DNA of 56,317 nt, the filler included, from Catajapyx aquilonaris (taxonomy: Eukaryota): the NCBI GenBank assembly GCA_000934665.2. It is 3 parts of 3 records of this genome, joined end to end, with 100 filler letters (N's around TTAATTAATTAA, not from the genome) between each part and the next. Parts side by side here need not be neighbours in the genome. Positions count along the whole stretch, not along the records: positions 37,707 to 56,317 come from JYFJ02006653.1; 2 more parts are not named here. The stretch is one strand, 5' to 3'. The notes beneath the pieces are model-generated. The model saw nothing but the letters and a program-made list of their open reading frames with translations. It ran no database searches and was not told the origin of the DNA. A program made the position numbers and the translations under genes. Each line of letters starts with the position of its first letter. Within the stretch, counting starts at the first letter, position 1. Shown one piece after another: positions 48,540 to 56,317 of the stretch.

Positions 48540-48805
48540 CTACGTACTTTTGGGCCACCATTTCGTAGGTTTATGTTCAGACGCCTACCATACGGCATCA
48601 AGACGGTTCCTGGAGTATTCCAGTAACAGGTGATCCAAGTCATAGAGGGCCTCCAGGGAGTTGCTGCCTTTATGGACATTCTTTTGGCGTCGAGTGACAC
48701 GATGGAGCAACGCAACAAAAGACGCACTGCGAGTTTGGAGAGAGCTAGGGAAAAGGGTCTCCGGCTGCGTAAGGACAAATTGCAGCTGGCCAGAAGTATG
48801 GTGAC
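48540..48805 (+). pseudogene. Ty3/Gypsy reverse transcriptase fragment
   Basis: TFGPPFRRFMFRRLPYGIKTVPGVFQ*QVIQVIEGLQGVAAFMDILL...LERAREKGLRLRKDK. Confidence 0.85.
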
Positions 48806-50008
48806 GGTAAGGAGAAATATTTATAACTTAGCATAATCTCCGATAAGCTCCCCTGTCATAGAATCTGGAGTAGCAGTGATCACAACGTTACATGCTGGAA
48901 CCAAGCCATGAATGCGGCGTCACTGCTAACAATGTAAATATGCACAGAACCAGCGGAGAAAGCAGCTGAAGGAGGTGGTTAACATCCCACACGCTTGGAA
49001 CATTTTCGAACACTTCACTTGATGTGACGCCAGACAATGCGTTCAGACACATACAGGTCGCGCCACATTCGATGCCCAAAATGATCGCCTTAGAACCACC
49101 TTCAAAGAGATTATCACACAAACATTACGCCTATTATAGTCTGTACCGCCATCTTTCTTTTCATGGCATGACCACCAAGTTATGGACTCATTGCAAATAT
49201 TACACCAGCATAAATAGGCAATACCATACGGCAAAGGCCTAAGTAGGTGTGACAACACACTTTTTTTCACTTTAATGACGGAGTGGAGAGCATCGAGTTG
49301 AATCGAGTATTGTGACTTTGTTAATGAAAGTAAGTCATCTCATTGATGTTATCGGGGGATGCTGGGGGAATGACATATCAGCCAACGAGAGTGACCATCC
49401 TGCAGTCCGCTCAACAAAGAGAAAGGGTCCGGACCTAATAAGACGAGCATTCTACCACAGATCATACGAACCTTTGCTCCCTATAGCCGACATCCGGCCA
49501 CAGTAACAAGCAAGTGTAATGTGGTGACCTTTACATTCACATACACGGAGAGTAGGAAGTACGCCAGGATTTGGTGTTTGCGGAGGGTATCCCTTATTAT
49601 TGTCGATTTAACTCCCCTCTGGGAGGTTTTAAAAAAAGCACTCCTTGTATACATTTATTCACAAGGATAGGAGAACAGAGAGATGACAACATGCATTGAT
49701 CAAAGAGTTCACAATGTGACGACATTCTCGCACGTAGTTATTGATATTTGAGCGTCCCCAACTCCACAGGACCGTCGTGATATACCAACAAAATCCAACT
49801 CACAGGAGAAATTAGGTCATCAGGAGCTATTGATAATATCTGCTCCTGTCTTCCCAAGTAAGTGGGTCCAATCAACCAGACGCCATTTTGGACAGCAATA
49901 TCAGCGCAAGAAATGGAATTAGCTTGTTCAAAACTCAGGACGACACCGAACCATCTCCTTTATGTCCTTAGTGGTATCTTGCCCCTATCGTTGTAGGCCA
50001 TAGCCATT

Positions 50009-50251
50009 TTGGAAGCTCGCCAGACATTCAGATCTAAAATCGAGCAGGGACTCGCGAGACTGCCTGTTCCTGAGCGTGACTCGTTGACACCTTGGGAGTG
50101 GATGCAGCCCACCATCAATATTTGGGAAGGGGTAATGTCGAGTGCAGTGCGCTCGATCTTCACCGATGGCTCAGTAATGGGGCGTGGGGCTGGAGGTGCT
50201 GTAGTCGTCGTTGATGGCGGCCAGCAGCTTGTGCGTTGCAATGGCATGTAA
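50009..50251 (+). pseudogene. Non-LTR retrotransposon RNase H start
   Basis: TPWE...IFTDGSVMGRGAGGAVVV. Confidence 0.65.
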
Positions 50252-50499
50252 CCATTAATAGATTAGCAAAATTGAGGGACAAGTTTAGTTTTCAAAGGCT
50301 CAGGTTTGGGCTTGATGCATGTACTCTAAGCTCCAGCACATACATACAAAATGGGTTTAGTCATTCGAATGAATCATAAGACGGGAGCTGCCCCAACAGC
50401 AACTCATACTGACCGTGACATTCAGGTTGCAATAAGCATGCGGGGTATAAACAACGAAACAAAGGAGTAGCTTTCACACCCTGTCTCTTTTGATACGCA

Positions 50500-51021
50500 C
50501 CAATCCCTTGGCGACTAATTGTTTCGTGTTCTGTGAAAGTTTGCCATTCCTCAATAAGCTTAATAAACTGACCATGCCAACTGACATGCCACCCATTCGA
50601 GTACCGCCTTTACGACTTTGACGTCTATCAAGTGAGGAAAAAAAGTGCTTCAAAGAAAGTGACACGAGTTGGAAGTACCGTCGTACTACAACTGACTCAT
50701 AATTGCAGAGTGGCCTCAACCACAAAATGTTTGTAGACATCTTTTTTTGCCAATGACAACCGTGTGGCCAAGTTGCTGCAGAGGGAAACAGGCTAGCAAA
50801 GAAGCAACGTATGTCTTCTCTCCCAAGCAAGGATGTATGTAGCGGTGGAATATGTCCGTATGGAACGCTAAACGAAACAGACGTAAGAATTGCCTAGGAA
50901 AGTCCTGGTTTTTGCGAACAGTGCCAGACGCACTTGTGCTTACAAAAAGGCGGAAATTGAACCAAAGGAGTTTCACAGCAAGACAGTCGGTAACTAATGT
51001 AATCTGTTACATTTTAAACCC

Positions 51022-51087
<66 letters not shown>

Positions 51088-51267
51088 TTAATTTTTCCCT
51101 TGAAATAAAGATATTTTTCAGGTAGCAAAACTACAGTTAATGACCACTGTGCCATATATTATGTCACGTGCAAAATTTCCGTTCATATTTTGTTTCTAGA
51201 TGCGGGCCATTATGATTCCTCATAATTTTCATGCAATAATTTGGACTCCTGGGTATTTCAGGGTTAA
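50500..51267 (+). mobile_element. piggyBac right-end remnant
   Basis: Frameshifted Cys-rich C-terminus WFCEQCQTHLCLQKGGN...EFH, followed by a terminus GGG|TTAA at 51261-51267. Confidence 0.65.
51022..51087. repeat. (ATT)n microsatellite
   Basis: Directly visible. Confidence 0.95.
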
Positions 51268-52528
51268 GATTACAATCGTCTAATAGCTGACAATACTTTT
51301 GGTTCCTGATTCCCTACAGGCGTCCTTGTAGCAATCATTTTGAATCAAATCCGATCCGGGGGAAAAAAAGATCGAATTTGAATGCTATCCCAACCATTCC
51401 AAGTCGGACCACCACAGATTCTGGCTAGTACTTCCATGTCACATGTGGGCTTCTCAGAGTGATCAATTGTCTCAGATCTGCCCACCTTCCAGACACGGAG
51501 CTTTGTGGAGCCACCAGCTCTGACATAGCAGTCGACATCACTCCTGCAAACTTCAACCCCGCGCAGTGTATCATAATATCTCACAATTTGAGCAGACGAC
51601 AGATTCACAAATAGTGTCCAATAATAATAATTTTAAGACACTTTCTCAACATTCTTTTCCTATTCCCAGCACTAACAGACCATGACAAGTCAGTCGTTGA
51701 TGCCTATCAACAGACCCCCAGAGAAATGGCTCTGGAGGAGGAATATTGGAATGTTGTCAAGCTTCAGGACGAGGTATTTATTTGGGGAGGCTTCGGTACG
51801 TCTTATCTTCATTTTTCAAGCAACACAAGACTGGATTACCGGCTCCCGGCAGAAGTTGCTCCATGGACAGCGGGACGAAGAGGACTACCTGCAAAACCTT
51901 GGCATGTCACAGGCTTGTTTCCAGCTGCTCTGCACCGCATATCATATCAAACGAGCTCACCCGCTAACTATACGTGTTCCCATGCCACTGCATTACATAG
52001 CTGATGTCATCTCTGAATACGCTGGCAAAACTGTGCGCCGTACGAATTCCGAGGAGGACGAAGGGAAGTGCATCCTCGGCGGCAGACGAAGCAATTATCT
52101 TGGAAGACAACCCTCCTGCTCTAGCTGAAAACCCATCACCCGGTCCGACCCATGAGCAATACCAGAGGATTATACGACGGGGAGATGACAAGGGAACAAT
52201 TGGACTCTGGAGTATCCGCAAATGTGATGCTAGGCCCTAATAATTGCCCTAATAATTCCTTGCATGCAATAAGGAGGGTGGAAACGTCAGTCCTGATAAG
52301 GTTTGAATCCAACAATTTCATTCTACTATCTGGGGGAAGGATTGATCTTGTCTGCCTGGGCCTTATGCTAAATACATAAATAACTACAGAATCAGTGCAT
52401 ATGGCCGATATGGGTACTTTTCATTATAATGTGCAACCAGAATGATGCATCAAGATAAGAAAATAGAACGTGCTCTGAGTCGAGTCCTGAGTTGGTCATT
52501 CTGCAAGGTGCACATGCACCCATACACA

Positions 52529-52529
<1 letters not shown>

Positions 52530-52589
<60 letters not shown>

Positions 52590-52618
52590 TTATTATTATT
52601 CTTCTTATTATTATTATT
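52530..52618. repeat. (ATT)n microsatellite
   Basis: Directly visible, with a few CTT variants. Confidence 0.95.
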
Positions 52619-54858
52619 AGGACGTCGCGTAGGGACCGATCTTCGGAAACTGCACGAGTCTCTCATAGGGCGATAAAGCTGCAATCGGGAAGTAAGAATT
52701 GCAGATACCGCCGATCAAGACCAAGTAGAATCATGCACAAAGAGTTACTTATAACAAATGAGCGACTATACAAGTATACACTTATAGGAATGCAGATGTG
52801 TGGCACTTGCAGACAATTAGGCCACTCGCTGAATTTGGAGGAGAGTGGTAAAACTTCTCAATTTGCATATATTCCAAGGAATGGTGAGACGGTTAATCAA
52901 AGTGTCTTTGCCTAAACTCTGAACCAAGATATTCGTGGCGGATGCCACGTTGTATGAATGTTTAGAAAGGCAACAACTACACTGACTTTATGTTCTATAA
53001 TACGTTGAAACGTTGTTAAATTCTCATACGCAGACCAGCAGTCATCAGCTCAGCTTTTTCTGCTAGCATGGGAATTACAAATGATGAAAATAGATCTAAA
53101 TGAGAATGTGTTGTATTGCAGGTCAGTAATCGTGAAGCATAAAAGGCGACGGAAGACCAGTAGGAACCAGCCATCTTTCTGAATACGAGCAGAAACAAAA
53201 CCTGACACCATAATCCACCAAGACATTATTCGAATCGCATGAATTTTAAAATAGTAATGCAAAACCTAATTAGGAACATCATCAGTATCTGATGTACATA
53301 TTACTTACGCAATTGTCGCGTTGTTAAATTACTACTATTATTATGTGCATTGTGATGTTATTAAAAGGATAGGAAATATGGAAAAAAATACCATTTTACC
53401 ATGAATGCACTAACTCCACGCACTTACTGCCGGTTTCTCTGGTCACACATGAAACAATATTTTCTGAGATCGTCGTAGTGATGCCTATGCACATGATGAA
53501 TGTCTCACGCGGTCAAGCGTAACTAGGAAGTTTTAAAATATTTAAATGGACCCAGCAACACCATAATCAACATCCACCAGTTGAAAGATGGACTTGTCAT
53601 CGGATTAACAGTACTTACCATCAACATCACCCTACTACCATGTCAGCTAGTTCCTAATGCACTAAATGCAAAATACGATTCTTGAACTCCGTTGTTGATA
53701 TGAGGCGTCACAGCCGGCTCTTGGGATCGCGGGAAAAACGCAAATCCCTCCACCATGATGAAGATACCGTCTGGGGGCTGACCATTTGTCTCACTCACAA
53801 ACAGAGGAGAAGTAGCTCGTTCTGCTACAAGACGTCTCTCGACAACGGGCATCATGAAGATTTGTGAAGCTAAGCAAATCCAGAGGTAATTCCAAAGTGT
53901 TGCAAAAAGTAACACCCAGTTTTGTATACTAATCATTTACCACTTAGAACATAGAAATCCAGAAGTTCTAGAAAGGAGTCCGATTCTTCGGGCCGCATGA
54001 AGATTGAAAGCATCTGAATTTCATTTACAGCAGCACGTGTACGTAGTAGGTCAGAAAGGTGCTGGTGAATATCCGTCCATCATAAATATTGTAAAACGTA
54101 GCAGGGTGCGGGAGAAGGGCAAGGCTGCAGGGAAGGCGTACGACGAGTGGAAGCCAATGTTAATTCAGCTGCCCTAAGGTTACAGTTAGACGCCGTACAC
54201 ATATTACGTCTATCCAAAATATTGGCCAACCAACCCAAAAACTTTCGCAGAAAGGACAAATGACGACACTCGTCTAGAATAAATGCGACACATCTGGCAA
54301 TACCTTCTCACCAAAAATGGCCACAGACACCTCTGGCCTCACACTATTATGGCATTATTTTGGTGTATGGTTATTAAAGTAAAGAGTAGGCTGGTAAACA
54401 AGTAACTCATTGACTTCCCATTTTCCCTTCAAATTTCCATCTTACCTCGTTCCACGAACTCACGACACTAGGTGTGGCTTGGAGATAACGACTGTTACAT
54501 TTTAAGATGAGGTTAACACTTCTGATAACCAGTACAGTGCAAGCGGACTTCCCTTGCAAGCTAATTCAAGCACCGTGTTGTCAAGTGGAATACTGTGATT
54601 CTAACTTTGAGGAAAGAATCAGTGGTGCTCCCATGAAACCATCATTCAAACTCTAGTAATAAGACACCGCATGTGCAGGCGATGTTCATGCATCAGGGTA
54701 CAGAGGTTAAGTCGCGTTTATGAAGGGTTATAAGTATCATAAGTTAATGAGGAGACATGTGTCACAGTTACTCATGTGCTTGACACACAGTCACACAGTT
54801 TACGAGTACATCGTCTGACGTGTTTTTGTGAAACTCCGTCTTTTATTTAACTTTATAG

Positions 54859-55411
54859 CTGCCAAAAGAATATGGAGGCCCAACAGGACGACGACATGAA
54901 CATGAGAGCGCAGTTCTTGCCTGTCATACTCCATGTACTACTCAGGGGCGGATTTACCTATCGTCCGGGGCCCCTGTGCAAAAATCCCTGTGAGGCCCCC
55001 TGTCAGGTGATCCAACCCGCTGAAGTACTGGTAGCGGGATCCAAGGAAATGGTGGAGAGCACTCCCCCACAACCAGACTCCATTGGCAAAGGTATGCAAT
55101 TTCTACGAGTTAAATTCGCAGTAGTCCAGTTATTACAAGACGCAGGGCATTGCCGACCATATGTGAATCAAGGTTTCAGAGGGGCACTGACCTGGGCATA
55201 TAAGAACAAGTACGTGACAAGAATCAATAAGGATTTTGATGAATACACTCTGGGAGAAAAGGCAGAGAAATGGATATATGATCACGAGGATGGAGTGAAC
55301 GTTTGCCGAAATTGCCCATGCCCATTCCATCGAAAAGCTGCCGACGCCCAGAAAGCTGCCGACGAGGAGCAGCTGCCAAACAGTCTTACAAAAGAAGGAA
55401 ACTGGAATTAG
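54859..55411 (+). CDS. Unidentified ORF or exon (~180 aa)
   Basis: Open frame with coding-like composition after a pyrimidine-rich acceptor (tttatag); contains CRNCPCPFH. No family recognised. Confidence 0.4.
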
Positions 55412-55830
55412 ATCCAGTAAAACAACACATTTTGGAACTGTGGCAGACTCGCTGGGAAGTGGTTGGGAGGCCTTGGAGCCGTGCCTTCCTGCCATCCGTG
55501 GACATCAGGAGACACGTTCATGGTCATGTTGCCCGTTTCATCTCGGGTCACGGCCCATTCCGGGCCTATCTCTCGAGATTTTTTGACAAAGGAGCCGAGG
55601 AGAGTGCCAGATGTTCGTGCGGCTTAGGAAGGCAGGACCCTGAACACGTGTTGTGGGATTGCAGGTTACCAGAAGTTTTGAGAGCCCGGGGTCAATTGTT
55701 ATGTGCGGCGGTGTTCAAGGGCCTGGGTTGGCCTTGCAACAAGAGCAGCTTCATTGTAATCCCAGAAGCTTTTAATCGTTTCTGCCTAGAGGCTGATGGT
55801 ATACTGAGCGACCTCAATAGGGACTTCCGG
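55400..55830 (+). pseudogene. C-terminal zinc-knuckle region of an R1/LOA-like non-LTR retrotransposon ORF2
   Basis: WQTRWE...GR...FLPSV...FISGHGPFRAYLSRF...CSCG...DPEHVLWDC. Confidence 0.85.
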
Positions 55831-56317
55831 GGGGGCAGGATGGGCCACTGCCTGATGATGAGACGCAACATTATATTTGTCCATGGAAATTCATCGTCAT
55901 ATTCGTGTTCCTTAGTTCACAAGTAACTCATAATGGGCATTCATTTTGTCTTTGAATTGTGACCCCTCAAAGTTGAAAGAAAAACCTTCACCAGATATCA
56001 ATTCGCTAGTTTAGTTACTTTTTTTTTGTTGTACATCTCTCCACCATTCTCTAGAAGGAAATCATTTTTCAAAACACTCCTTTTATCAAGAAGAAACGGA
56101 AAATAGTCTTCATATAGTTTCTGCTGATGGTAACAAGTAAATGCTTTGCCATTTTGCACTGATCACCAGCTACAGTATATTTTGTGTTGTAAAAATAGGG
56201 AGTTCAACGAAAAAGGGTATTAAATTCAGCTTTTTGATACCTTAGGTTAGCTTCCATTTTCTTGTGCCTATTTTGAAGACATGAATTGCGTAAGGGACTC
56301 AAGAATAAATTATGTAC

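Noticed and set aside
40476..52040. HECT, chromo-shadow and PIWI-like pieces as one silencing or anti-silencing system
   Set aside because: They are kilobases apart, fragmentary, separated by unrelated TE debris, and share no enclosing termini; the PIWI call is itself weak.

Overview
Eukaryotic DNA, most likely from an invertebrate animal (probably an arthropod, inferred from the divergent ionotropic receptors). The window is three separate contigs joined by artificial 100-nt spacers (N44-TTAATTAATTAA-N44): 1-18802, 18903-37606 and 37707-56317. Contig 1 is a transposon graveyard. Its main feature is a complete 6.5-kb Kolobok-type element (TTAA TSD, 14-bp TIRs) whose spliced gene fuses a DDE transposase to a DEDDh exonuclease and a PML-C-like tail, preceded by a ~1.5-kb internal palindrome. 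It also holds a five-exon Merlin transposase and remnants of Transib, Sola1, CACTA/EnSpm, hAT, Gypsy and LINE elements. Contig 2 carries the host genes: two convergent, intronless divergent ionotropic receptor paralogs at the contig ends with a mosaic identity pattern, a four-exon calcyphosin-like gene and a five-exon RSRC2-like gene. It also contains a nested Sola2 element holding a V-type SINE, a Chapaev3-like MITE and a foldback element. Contig 3 is decayed repeats: a two-variant ~155-bp tandem array, a HECT ligase pseudogene, an orphan chromo-shadow exon, and Gypsy, piggyBac, LINE, Transib and Sola1 scraps. All family assignments come from motif recognition by eye; no database search was run.
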